A stretch of DNA of 64,000 nucleotides from Lama glama (taxonomy: Eukaryota): the NCBI GenBank assembly GCA_028534125.1, contig CM052816.1, forward strand, positions 5,768,001-5,832,000. Direction: 5' to 3'. Shown here in pieces: positions 51,640 through 64,000 of this stretch. Every line of letters starts with the position of its first letter. The first letter of the stretch is position 1. The notes below the pieces were generated by a model. That model was given only the letters and a program-made list of their open reading frames with translations, had not been told where the DNA came from and ran no database searches. The translations under genes were made by a program, and so were the position numbers.

Positions 51640-51900
51640 TTAGCAGTTCCAAGATTTATCCCATGGAACGTTATTTTTGGAAGGATGTTCATAAGTATGA
51701 CATGAAAATTAACATGATTTTAAGCAGGCTACTTTGAGGCAGGACTTCTCAGAATCTTTTAAAGAAAATTATGTGCTGAGAATTTCCAAGAGGGGTAGGT
51801 ATGCATAGTGTTTCCAAAATTATTTGGCCATGGATCCCTGACCATAGGCGTAGGATGCCCACCAGTGGGAGATGCTAAGTTCAGTGGAACTCACTTTGCA
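51640..51900. mobile_element. Old hAT-Charlie DNA transposon remnant
   Basis: ggacttctcagaatcttt...tgtttccaaaattatttggccatggatcc...cagtggaactcactttg. Confidence 0.5.
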
Positions 51901-52291
51901 GGTAAGAAACTCAGGTCCAGAGAGAGAAGGTGGTTTGTACAAAGCAGGAGAGTGGTAGCTTGTTCGATGTTGACTGAGGGGTCCCAGGAGTAGATTTTCA
52001 GTGCCCGAGGAAGTTCCCGGATTGCTGCAGGATCAGTCAAGGGCAACTCTAATCAGGGAAAGTAGACCTGGATGCTTTGCTTTGTGACTCACTGTCCTTG
52101 TGGCCTCAAGTGAGATAGCTGTCCTCTTGGATATCAATTTCTTTTTTTTTTTAAGGCATAATACTTTTTGCTTATCTATTTGACAGGAGTGTTTTGTGAG
52201 AGTCAAAAGAATTCAAATACGTGAGAGGACCGTGAACTGTGGGCATTTCACAGGTGCTCAAAGTTATTTTCTTAAACTGACATCTTATGAC

Positions 52292-52469
52292 AGTGGCTCC
52301 CAAACTTGAGCACGTAGCGTATCAGAAGCACCTTGGGGGCTTTCTAAACCACAGACAGTAGAGTTTCCAGATCAGTGGGTCTGGGGAGGCCTGGGGATTC
52401 ACATTTCTAATAAGTTCCCAGGTGATGATGCTGCTGCAAGTCCAGGCATCCCACTTGGAGAACCACTGC
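52292..52469. mobile_element. MER5A-like MITE
   Basis: Terminal inverted repeats cagtggctcccaaact / ttggagaaccactg; internal catttctaataagttcccaggtgatgatgctg. Confidence 0.85.
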
Positions 52470-54988
52470 CCTAGGAGATCCTGAAAGAAAAATATGTCTA
52501 GAAACAATTTTGGGAAAGCAGTGATCAGTTTTGATACAGGGGGTAAAAGCAAAGAGGGAAGAAAACTATCAAGGATGGAAATGCACTCTGAGCCAGGCAC
52601 TGTGTGGGGAAATAATCCTCACCCCAGCCCTGGGATGAAGGATTCATGTTCCCTGTTTTTGCAAGGGTGACCCTGGGAGGAATTCAATGGCTTATAGGAG
52701 CCATGCAGTCAGTAAGCTGGCAGCGTTGAAATTCAAATCCAGCTGTCCGCCTCCAAAGTTCACTCTCTTTCTGATTCACTGAGACAAAGGGCAGGCCAGA
52801 AAGTCAGTGTAATTCGGATACAAAGCCATACCCATGCAAGGAACAGAAACTTCATCTGCAGGGTCCAGCATCTGAGAATGCAGACACTGTTGTTCTCACT
52901 GCTAGTTAATACGAGCCTTACAGTCCAGTGCTCGGATGTGGTGTCCCAGCCTGCAGTGTGAGAGCCAGGGCCACATGTTCCAACTCTGCTGCATGTCCTT
53001 TGCCAACCTGCCTAGTCTCCCTGGGCCTCAGTGTCCTCATCTATAATATGTGGGAAATGATCATATCCACCTTCTGGGGTTGTTATGAAAATAAGAGCAA
53101 GGGGGAGGGAAAAGCAGATGAGAGAGACCCTGATTGACTTCGCTGATTTAAAAGGCACAGAAAGGAGAAATCTGGAGGCTTCCAAGTGAAATTTTTTCTG
53201 AACTTGCTGGTCATTTGTGGCTGAGAGATGCTTCCCCAGATCCCTCTGTTCTTCCTCAGGGGAGCAGAGAAGGAAAGCCAAACCAAAAATCAAGAGAAGG
53301 CATCCATTTGGGCCCATCATGGAGTCTTCAGAATACAGTTTTTACTGGGCAGAGGGATAGGCCTGGGGGAGGGGAGGGGCTGGAGGAGGGCTGGCAGCTG
53401 AGGCATTCAGAGGCAATTCTGGTTTGTCACTGATGCGTCAGGGACCCATGACTGATAGCTGGCTGCTGAGGGGCTTGCCCCCGGGATAATCATACCATTG
53501 TTCTGCCCATATCACAGGCCTTTTACTAAGGGAACTGTATTACATGGAGTGAAGGTGAAGATGAATGCTGGTGGAGGTGAAAAGTTCAGAGCAGTTGCCA
53601 TGGGTATGACCTTAAGAGCTTGGTGGAGGTTCCCATGGAAACCAGCCTCCAGATGCAGCGTTAACCATCCAGATCTCTATCTTGCATCAGTGAAACTTCC
53701 CAACACCAGAGGCAGTCAAAGGAGGATAAAGCATAGAAGAACGTCCCCCTTCTCAGGGGGGGATGATCTTCCCAGGTCACCTCAAAAGCCACCTTCCTAG
53801 AAAGGACTTTCTTTATTCTATCTCTTTCTTCTTTGAATTCCCTTGTGCGGCTCTCATGACCATCATGACATTATTGCCTTGGTCTGAGAATGAGATTTTA
53901 AAAGCCCCTAAATGGTTGCTTCATCCTGACCAGAACTCAGTATCAACTTGGTATATGCTTCAGCTCGGAGACCCAGCCTGGAGTCTTCAGTTTCTGTGAG
54001 TGAAGCTATGGTGGTCCCTTTCCTGCACGGGACAGCAGCATTCTTCTTCCATTGCCTTTTGTTGCTCCCCTACTCAAGTACCTTCATGCTCTTCCAGTGC
54101 AATCAATCCACACTCTTTCCCTTGTCATTTTTTAACTCAAACGTATCCCTGACTACCCAACCCAAGCCCTCTACAGATATTATCAGTGTTTTCTCAGTCT
54201 CCTTTCGCACCTTACTTACTTCCATCACCATTCCACAGTTAATACTTGAAAAATTCTTGGGCTGGCTTTCTCTCTATTTGAATATGGCCACTTTTCAAAT
54301 TCCACATCCTTCTTGAGGGCTAGACAAACTCATGTTAGCCTTTTTCCTGAACCTTGATTCTCTGCTATCTTACCATTTTCTTTCATTGTCTTTCCTACCC
54401 CGTTAAATATTAAGATCCTTGGAGATAAGGATCAAACTTTTACTTCTCAGTGGTTCCTTCAATACTTAAAACAGTTCAGGGCATTCAGTGTGTTCTCCAA
54501 AATGCTTCAGTTTATTGAAGATTTTATAGCAATTGTGCATGGTCTTATTTCAAGTGTGGTAAATGGAGTAGACCTCTCCCTAACACACAGACAGCCATTA
54601 CACAAGGCAGGGTAAGCCATCAAAGAACAGGGAAAGCAAGAACAATTAATAAGGGGAGTCCATACTATTGTGGGGAGAAAGAAATGACACCCTGGGAAGC
54701 GCAGTGTTTGATACAGGTTCGGAGGGAGAGGCAGGATTTTAGAGGTGCAGAATGGAAGGGGGAACTCTACAGAACAGGGTGGCTTGGGGTGGTCTGACTG
54801 AAATGGGAAGTGCAGGAGAGGGCAAGTGACTAGACAGCTTGGCTGTATCCGGGATGCGTCGAACACCAGGGAGGAAATTTATATTGAGAGAGCCATAAGC
54901 GACTGAGCAGGGAAGTGACAACTCAGCAGCCTGCCTTGGGGAAAAGTGATCTTCAAGCTTAACTGTCACCTGTGTTGGATGATGATCA

Positions 54989-55426
<438 letters not shown>

Positions 55427-55926
55427 NNNNNNNNNNNNNNNNNNNNNNNNNNNNNNNNNNNNNNNNNNNNNNNNNNNNNNNNNNNNNNNNNNNNNNNNNN
55501 NNNNNNNNNNNNNNNNNNNNNNNNNNNNNNNNNNNNNNNNNNNNNNNNNNNNNNNNNNNNNNNNNNNNNNNNNNNNNNNNNNNNNNNNNNNNNNNNNNNN
55601 NNNNNNNNNNNNNNNNNNNNNNNNNNNNNNNNNNNNNNNNNNNNNNNNNNNNNNNNNNNNNNNNNNNNNNNNNNNNNNNNNNNNNNNNNNNNNNNNNNNN
55701 NNNNNNNNNNNNNNNNNNNNNNNNNNNNNNNNNNNNNNNNNNNNNNNNNNNNNNNNNNNNNNNNNNNNNNNNNNNNNNNNNNNNNNNNNNNNNNNNNNNN
55801 NNNNNNNNNNNNNNNNNNNNNNNNNNNNNNNNNNNNNNNNNNNNNNNNNNNNNNNNNNNNNNNNNNNNNNNNNNNNNNNNNNNNNNNNNNNNNNNNNNNN
55901 NNNNNNNNNNNNNNNNNNNNNNNNNN
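55427..55926. other. Assembly gap (500 N), 27 bp from the exon 10 acceptor boundary
   Basis: Run of exactly 500 n. Confidence 1.
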
Positions 55927-56389
55927 GCCCTCCTGGTCCTTCCAGCCCCACCCCCATGAAAACCCTCACGAGGAGGCACTAAGCCTGAAAACTGCCCCTT
56001 CTGAGGGGTGAGGGTTTAACTGTTTAGGCACCTAAACTGTTTTGGACGATGCAAGTCAAGCCCGGCCAGGAAGATTTAACTTCTTGAAGTTGTTCCCAAG
56101 GCCAAACTTGTCTTTCCCTGATGCCTGTTAACCTGTCTTTTCCTGAGCTCATTCTGAACTGTTGTTGGAGCTTTATGATTTAAACCTTACATTCCTTTTG
56201 CTTTCTTTTTAGGTTAACTGTATTTTTCCAGCTAGATTTAACTTCCTAGGTGATGGTTATTTTATCCTTTATTTATTTCTCTTATTTCCTATTTTTAATC
56301 TATTATAATACTGAGCATATGGCCGTGCCTGAAAATACTGACTGACTATGTTATTTTTTTTAAAAAGTGAGTAGATTATTTATCCTGAC

Positions 56390-56925
56390 TCATTTTTCCA
56401 AGGTCTTTCAGCGCATATTTATCGGATCCCTATTGTGTGTAAAGCTCTGAGCTAAAACATTCGTGGTGTTGTGTGGCAGGGCTGAGAGTGATATAAAGAA
56501 GTCTTAAGAGACAGTCCTTGCTCTGAGGGTCCCTCCAGTCTGCTTGGGGAGACATGACACACACACGCATGTCATCCCCTACGTGATGAGGGGACCTAAG
56601 CAGCTCAGAGAAGCGGAAGTCAAGTATGGGAACCTACGCCGGGCAAAACAGCAGGAGGAGAGGACTGAGGTCACGAGGGATGGACAGGGTGGGCCCAAGC
56701 CTTTCAGGTCAGAGAGAACATGGGCCAAGATGTGAAGGCAGGAGTCTGCCCAGATGTGTGAGTTCACGGGGTCCAGGGTGGAGGATAGGCTTAGCCCAAA
56801 GGGCCATGGGCACTTGGGTTTCTAGCTAGCAGAGGGATTCAAAGTCCAGGCTAGGTGGTCTAGACTGTATCCTGAAGGCAACAGGAGTCATGGAAGGTTT
56901 ACCAAGAGCAGAATGGCATGGCTCA
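56390..56925 (-). mobile_element. L2 LINE fragment
   Basis: catatttatcggatccctattgtgtg; agactgtatcctgaaggcaacaggagtcatggaaggttt. Confidence 0.6.
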
Positions 56926-56947
56926 CACACACACACACACACACACA
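56924..56947. repeat. (CA)12 microsatellite
   Basis: Perfect ca repeat. Confidence 0.95.
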
Positions 56948-57459
56948 CCCCTACCTCTATCTCTGTCTCTGTCTGTTCTGTCTATCTGAGACAGTTGTGT
57001 TCTGATCCGTGGTCCCTCCGCTGGCTGTTGTAAAGGGCAAACAGGAAGGAGAATGGAAGTACATGTGCAGAGGGGTGAGCCGGTCTCCAGCCGGAGCTCA
57101 TCCCAGGTTCACAAAAACCAAGGCCCAGGCCAGTGGTCCACTCAAATGTCACCTTCGCCTTGATGTCTTTTCCAGTCCCCTTGGGTAGAAATAAACAATT
57201 CTGCCTGCGATCTTGCTGCCATGAACGACAATAATTCCAGCACCGACCGTGCTCCTGGGCTGTCAGAGGCTGTGTTTGATTGCTTTTGTGCCCCTTTGTC
57301 TGGCTTAGGAGAGTTTGCTAACTTGGAAGGTGATGGTGGTGGCGCAGCAGAGAAGAGCCTGAGCTTGGCCTGGAACCCTGGCCGTCTGTCTCCAGAGCAG
57401 CTTTTCACAGTGATGCTGTTCCTGTTGAGAGGGGCCCGGCCCTGGGCTGGGACTCAGTT

Positions 57460-57690
57460 AACAGCGATTGAGTGCTCATTGTGTTTTAGGCGATCTTCTA
57501 AGTGCTTTTTATGTTTTAACTTCTTTCATCCTCACAAAAACCTGGAAAGTGGGCAATTGATTATCACTCCCATTTTAAATGTGAAGAAACTGGGATGTGG
57601 GGAAGTGAAGTGGCTCTGCTAAGGCCACAGGAGAGCCGTGGAGCCAGGATCGGTGGTAGGCAGGCCGATTGCCGGGCCGTGTCCTTCTGT
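57460..57690 (-). mobile_element. MIR SINE
   Basis: tttcatcctcacaaaaacc...ttatcactcccattttaaatgtgaagaaactg. Confidence 0.75.
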
Positions 57691-58499
57691 GCTCCGCAAG
57701 GCTGCCAGCCAACCCTGATCGCCTCGTGTTGGTTGTCACTGGCCCCATGGTCTAGCTGTTGGCACACCTGTCCCCATCTCTGCACAATGTCCTCAGGGAC
57801 AAAGCTGGAGGTCTATTCATTCTGGGACCCCTTTCTTAGGGGAGCAGACTGTTCCACAGAGAAGCAGCCCAGGGAACGTTTGTTGAGAGAATGAATGTCT
57901 CCAGCGTGGAGACATAGGACCCCACTGATGCTGAGACTGTTCAGAGGCCTGGGGGTGGGGTGGCAGCTGTGTCTCAGGACACGGGGTCAAAGTTTGCCCT
58001 CATGCCGGCATGTGTACCAAGTTGCCTGTGTGGGGCACTTTTAGTCAGCCTGGAAAGAGACACTTCTGTCTAATGACACAACCAGAAACTTACATTTCCA
58101 GGATATCAGAGCCAGAAGAAGTCTGAAGAACCGTTTCTGCCAACCTTTTCCTTTTACAGAGAGGGAAACAGAGGCTCAGAGACTAGAGGTCTTGCTGAAG
58201 ACAGGAATGCAGTCTCTTGCCCCTCATTTTGCTAGGCCAGGGCTGCATGGGGCCCTCGGGCAACTGAGGAGCCCCTTCACCACTTTCTTGAGAGGTGGGC
58301 AAGGGCTCAGGGAAGCGGGTGGGGAAGCTCTGGTTTCCTCATCCCCGTTTCAACAGTTAGCCCTGCTTTTCATCTATTTCACACGTTGGGATTCCCACTG
58401 AGAGTTTGTTTTCACAAGGAGCCCTCTGGGTGAAAAATTAATGCTCAAGACCATTGTTGTGGTATACCATGATGCACGTTAAAAAAATGATTTCCAAAC

Positions 58500-59230
58500 T
58501 ACTTTCACAACACTTAACTCTTTGCTCCTCATACTATGCAGACAGCACAGACAGACTTGGGATTATTTCCCCTGTTTTACAGATGAGAAAACTGAGGCTT
58601 GGGGAGACCAAATGATCTAACTTGTATAGAATATATAGCAGGCTAGTGGCAGGGCATAGGAGCCAGGTCATAGACCTCAAAGGTAAAATTATTCAATATA
58701 ATTAATACAAACTTGGGAGACGATCTGGCAAATGTAATTGTCATTTATTCTCCTATAGATGATGCTAAGGTGTTCTCATTCCCTCCCCTTCCCCTTCCTC
58801 CTCACTTTTCTTCCTTCCATCCCTCCCCTCCTTTCTTTCTTCTCTCCTCTTCATGGTTAGTCACAGGTTTAGTTGTTCCCGCTCAAAACTATTCAACCAT
58901 CAGTATCAAGGAAACTGCCTCCTTTGACACGCAACCAAGTCCTTGCACATCTACTGTGTTGTGAGAGTTATCATTTTTTAAAGTGAGAGCTTGAGGGTCG
59001 AGAGATTGGTCTCTGGCATCAGGCAGACCTGGTTTAAAAGGTGTATTTTCCCAATCACAAAGTGTGTGGACTGGCACCAGTGACTTGACCTCAGTGGGCC
59101 TGAGTTCCTATGCTATGGCACGGCTACAACAAGAGTACCTGTCTCGCAGGGTTGTGGGAGAGCCAAGTGAGTCAACACACGAATAACGGTAAGCACAGAG
59201 AGTGGTTCATGGTGAGTTGTCAGTAAACTA
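58500..59230. mobile_element. MIR SINEs (about 58500-58680 minus, 58980-59230 plus)
   Basis: cctgttttacagatgagaaaactgaggct; ctctggcatcaggcagacctggtttaaa...gtacctgtctcgcagggttgtg. Confidence 0.7.
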
Positions 59231-60399
59231 AGAAATGATCCCCAGTAGGGTGGTGCCTCGTTGGAGGCTAACAGGCTTCTATACTGCACTACATCTCAGT
59301 TTCAGTTTGCTGTTGAGCATCGCCAGTATCTAAAAGAAGTATGCCTTATGGAGCTTTTCTCAAACTCATTTGACAGTGTAACCCTCTTTACGTGCAGAGT
59401 GTCCTAGGATAAGTGATGCAGAACCCACAAAATGCCACTCTAAAATCTCAGGTTGCTTTGAGAAAAAAGAGGGGGAAATCAAGATAAGTTTGTGTAGACC
59501 AGATTTACATGGCTTAGAAAGAGACCTGAACTTTTAAGGACAGTGATCCTTCAGAGCTAGTATCATAGCTCTAATATTAAGTTGGTATTTATAAAAATTA
59601 TTATATAACTTGGCTTATAGATAGTGCCTTTGCTATCAAAAGCTAGAGGAATAGTTAAATGTTATAAACAAGCTCATTTTATTCCTAGCCCTTTTGTAGA
59701 GAAATAAGAGCACCAGTCAGAAGAGCAGGGTGATGCCAGCTTGCACCTCATGTCAGCTAGCAGGCTGAGAAATCTGGTTCCACATTCTGACGAAAAAAAG
59801 CTGGCAAAGATTTTTGAAGAGACATCGCACTTCGGAGATGAGAGCAAATTTCCCTTTCTTAGAGAAATGGGTTGGATTGTTATACAGCACTTTGATTCTC
59901 TACTGAGGATATGCAGAAACTTTGATTCTATCTGAAATTAAATCAGAGCTAGTAGTTTGGTCAAAATTGGAGCCCACCGCTCAGGAGAGGATTTAAAAAT
60001 TCTGACAGTGAGGTCTTCTCCTGGGGCCAGCTATAATTTTTGATCTCCTATTTCCCACCTACCTCTAAAGAGTCTTTGAATGTAGGAAATGAACCTAGAT
60101 GATAGAGGAGATTTTTTTTCAAGTGAATGAAGTCTAAAAAGGAGCTGATCACAGAACAGTAAATTCAATTGATCTACCTTGCACAGTCATCAAATCAAAT
60201 TTACACACTTGTATCTCTAGGCTGCCTCTGAAGCCACAACCCCTGGCCTCTAAAAGTGAGATCATTATAATAATTTTTTTAAAGTTGCCTGTTGTGGCAA
60301 AGACCACCAAAGACCAGATGACTACCAAGGATTCTTGTTAACATTCCACAGCATGCAGGTATGGTGGGGAGCAGTTATCTAGACAGCAGTTGCATTTCC

Positions 60400-60730
60400 C
60401 AGCCCGCCATGTGTCTGGGGGGACCAGGTGATTGGGTTGGCCAGCGGAACACAGCAGAAGTGGTGCACATGTCTCCTCGCCTGACTCCACCACATCCCCA
60501 GCACCATTTCCAGTATCTTTCTTCCTCAGCTGTTCGCTGGATGTGAGTAGCCAGGAAGACCCAACCAGACAGTGGAAATTCCATAAGCCTGAGTCTTAAC
60601 CAGAGTCCCCAGCCCCAAAATTGGCTACTGGATGAACAAGAATTAAGCCTCTGTTGCATTAAACATCTGAGATTTTAGAATTGATCTGTTACTATGCCTA
60701 GTTAAGAAAACTTAGGGTTATCTTATCTAA
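60400..60730 (+). mobile_element. Old MaLR LTR fragment (MLT1-like)
   Basis: agcctgagtc...gaacaagaattaagcctctgttgcattaaacatctgagattttagaattgatctgttact, a typical MLT1 3' end. Confidence 0.55.
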
Positions 60731-60909
60731 CACACTTAAAGAATTGGAACTTAGAATAATAAGTGTATTTGTGACTTTTTCTGAGTTCTGCTTGAGGTGT
60801 TATTTCATTAAATTTGCCAGCGTTTTTTTTTTTCATAATGCTGGTAGATCTATGGAAACATGGGTCAGAGTAGTATGCTCCCTGGTTGCCTGGGAACATT
60901 CAATACACT

Positions 60910-62030
60910 GCCCATTCATTTAATGAACAGCCACTAGTTTGTATCTGCTTACCATGTGTCAATATATTGGAGGCACTGAAGATATAGTAAATAACACAAC
61001 TATGGTCCCTGCTTGTAGAGAGCGGACATTTTAGTGGCAAGGAGGTGGAGAAGAGGGGAAGAAAGACAATAAATAATAAATAAATGTTATTTATCCAGAC
61101 CAGGGGTCATCAAAGTTTATCTTTGAAGAGACGAAGAGTAAAAATTTTAGGCTTTGTGGATCTGACAGCCTCTTTTACAGCTATGCATCTCTGCTGTTAC
61201 AGTGCAGAAACCATAGACAATATCTAAACAAATGAGTTTGGCTGTGACTAAAAAAGCAACTTTATTTATGGACACTGAAATTTTAATTTCATGTACTTTT
61301 CACATGACATGAAGCAGTCATCTTCTGATGTAGTTTAGCCATTTAAAAATGTAAAAATCATTAGCTCACGGGCTGGACAAAAACAGGCGTTTGGCTAAAT
61401 TGGGCCTACAGGCTGAAGTTTGCCAACACCAGTCTAGATCAATAAACCAACAAGAACATATCAGAAAGGGTAAGGACTGTGAAAAAACCAGAATGGCATG
61501 ATGGGATTGTGCCAGGTGGGTGGGAGCTGCTTTAGATAGCTTGCTCAGGGATCACCTCTCTGCGGTGGCTTCATTTGGGTCAGAACTTGCATGACAAGGA
61601 GAGACACTGCTCATGAAACTACACTGATTGAGAGACCAGGTAAAGGAGCAGAAAGCTGTCAGGGTAGCTGTGGGGTCAGGGGCTAGAGAAAGAGCAGCAG
61701 GAGCTGATGTCAGAGGGACGCAGTACCTGGGGTTCTGAAGGCCAAGGTGAGGAGTTACAATGCATTTTACCTACAATAGGAAGCCAGCCAAAAGCTTTAA
61801 GCAGAGGAATGATACAACCTGATGAATATTTGAAAATGATTATCCCAGCTCTCATGTTGGAAAAATGGCTTTGTAGAGGGCCAAGAACATGGCCAGCAGG
61901 ACTAGTGACTGGCAGGCAGGTGTGGAAGGAGGCTTGGGCTCTGCGGCCAGCCGAGGAAGTGGAGAGAAGTGGATGGGTTAAAGCTCCATCTTGGAGATCT
62001 AACAGGATTCAGTATGTCCAAAATTGGGTA
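60910..62030 (-). mobile_element. L2 LINE, interrupted by MER58B
   Basis: cattcatttaatgaacag...gtccctgcttgtagagagcggacattttagtgg...ggaagccagccaaaagctttaagcagaggaatgataca. Confidence 0.7.
61101..61431. mobile_element. hAT-Charlie MITE (MER58B-like) nested in L2
   Basis: caggggtcatcaaag...aattttaggctttgtgg...tttatttatggacactgaaattttaatttcat...gtttgccaacacca. Confidence 0.8.
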
Positions 62031-63384
62031 GCAAAAACTCAAAGAAAAAGTCTCAAAGGACATGTGGACTGGAGGGCTGTGAATTCGTTGGGACTTCAAA
62101 TCACTTTTGACATCAGTAGGACTTTGTGTCAGTTTAGTCTTCTTTCCTGCCCAGTCTTTCTTTTTCCAGTGATACTTGAGTCATAGCTGGGGATGAGAAA
62201 CTTGTGGCAGGGCAGGGGGACTCACATCAAGTTGCAATGAGACTTGTCCATTTCAAGTCCAAAAATATCTACAGAACCAATGGTGATGGGCAAAGATGGT
62301 TAAAAGAACAATGCTGGTCCCTTGCTGAAAGACCTTGGAGAATTTTCCCTACACTTCTCTCTTGGCAGCCACTTGTCAGAATTGGTGCTCCTACTTGAAT
62401 TTGACAAGGTGACAATATTTGGATAAAGATCTGTAAATCAGCACCCCACGGTGAAGTGGAATCTCTGAATGGGATTTCCTGAGGATTTCGCGTCAGTGGG
62501 GCCAGTGCCACTTTGGCATTTGAAGCTCCGAAGTGTGTGATGGATGTATGCTTAGAGCACACAATTTTCAGTAGGATGTCAGATTGGACCCACATACCCA
62601 GAAGGTGTGTTGGCAGATCAGTGGCCAGGATACGAGCCAAAAGATCCGGAGAGAGTCCCCAGGGCCCCCAGTCAAGCAGCAGCAGCATCTCTTTATTACA
62701 TACGTCAGGTGAGGCCACGCAGAGTTCACTGCAACCAGCACCAGGAGGTCACCCGTGAAGCTGAGAAATTGTTTTGTTAGGAGACTGATTGAGTAAAAAG
62801 CCTGAAGCCACAGATGTGGAGGAATTGATTTTCTGAAAGTTTCCCTGTAAACAAAGGATGCTTAAACCCACATTCTAAGAAAGGATTTAGTCATTGGAAG
62901 GTAAGTTGCAAAACAGCCCCAGGATCTGAAAACTAAAGCACAACCATTTGCCAGTGGATTTTAAGGTTCCTCTGTTATTTGTGTTTGCTGGCTTATCCAT
63001 TCCATGGGCTTTAACAGCCTGACTCACTCCAACTCCAGGCTGGCATGAAAATCTCTGTGGCCCAAAGAAGGCAGTTAAAGTAGACAAAACAGGGGCTAAA
63101 TGTCCACTACATTCCAGGGGCTACTTCTGGGAATCCCTTGCTATAGGCAAGCGGGTAGCAGACATTGTTTCACTTAAGGCTGACAGCAACCCTGAGAGGT
63201 AACAGGCATTATCCCCATTTGGGGATGATATAACTGAGGTCCGTGGAGACTAACTAACTTGTTTAAGGTCATGTGCCCAGTAAAGGGGAAAGCAGAGACT
63301 TTGTAACCATTCTGCCACATTCTGGTGTTTCTCACCAAAACACTCAGAGCACCATGAACCACACCGTGTGGGGATGGAGAGCGT

Positions 63385-63581
63385 CAGCAGAGCTGCTCAG
63401 TACAACATGCTGTGATGATGGACATGACCTACATCTGTGCTGTCTAGTGTGGCAGCCACCAGACAGACTGGCTGTTGAGCACTTGACAGGTAGCTAGTGC
63501 AACTAAGGGACTGATTCTTAAATTTTAATTATTTACAGTTCAATTTAAATAGCCAGAGGTAACTGTGCTTGACAGTACAGG
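63385..63581. mobile_element. MER3-like MITE
   Basis: tgtgatgatggacatgacctacatctgtgctgtc...ggctgttgagcacttgacaggtagctagtgcaactaagggactga...aatttaaatagcca. Confidence 0.8.
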
Positions 63582-64000
63582 CATAGAGGACATCAAGTTT
63601 AAAAGATTAAGACCTAATGTTCGATATGCCAGGCCCAGCCCTCAGAATGGCTGCACGTGTTAGATCACTGAATCTTCTCAGTGAGCCTATGAGATCGGCA
63701 TTGTCATGGTGACCCTCATTTAAGGCACAAAGAACCAGATGAACTTGTCCGGAATCACAGACTGGAAAGTGATGATGCCAGGATTCCAGAGCTAACGCTC
63801 TGATCCATGAGACTCTACTAGCTTTATACTCTGTATGTGATGCTTCTTACCTGCTACACCGGCCATCCCATGGAGCTAGGAGTGTAATGAAGATCGGAGA
63901 GCAAAATAGAGGCTGCCATGAGGCAGAACAAGAGAGCCAAGGAAAGACTTCCCTGGGGAGTGGCATTTACTCCGAGTGCTGAAGGCTGAGGAGGAATTGG

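Overview
Mammalian genomic DNA, most likely camelid (alpaca/camel; inferred from a camelid-type tRNA-derived SINE and an artiodactyl-type L1 3' end, with no Alu, B1 or Bov-tA seen). The whole window lies inside the AMPA-type glutamate receptor gene GRIA1 (GluA1) on the minus strand. Four coding exons are present with exact GT-AG boundaries and compatible phases: 55193-55399 (207 bp), 49244-49614 (371 bp), 9113-9311 (199 bp) and 3557-3804 (248 bp). These correspond to exons 10-13 in the usual human numbering and encode S1, M1, M2 (Q at the Q/R site), M3 (SYTANLAAF) and most of S2 up to the R/G site. The rest is intron, rich in old repeats (MIR, L2, L1M, MLT1, MER5/20/58/3), plus a MER41-like solo LTR, a few young camelid insertions with target-site duplications, microsatellites and two 500-N assembly gaps. 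I found no convincing previously undescribed biological system. The points most worth checking are: the preceding exon (exon 9) appears to be lost in the gap next to exon 10; a fold-back structure over the exon 11 3' splice site; an inverted L1 pair in intron 11; a ~90-nt hairpin; and several repeat-free, motif-dense candidate enhancers. Repeat family names and boundaries are by eye and approximate.
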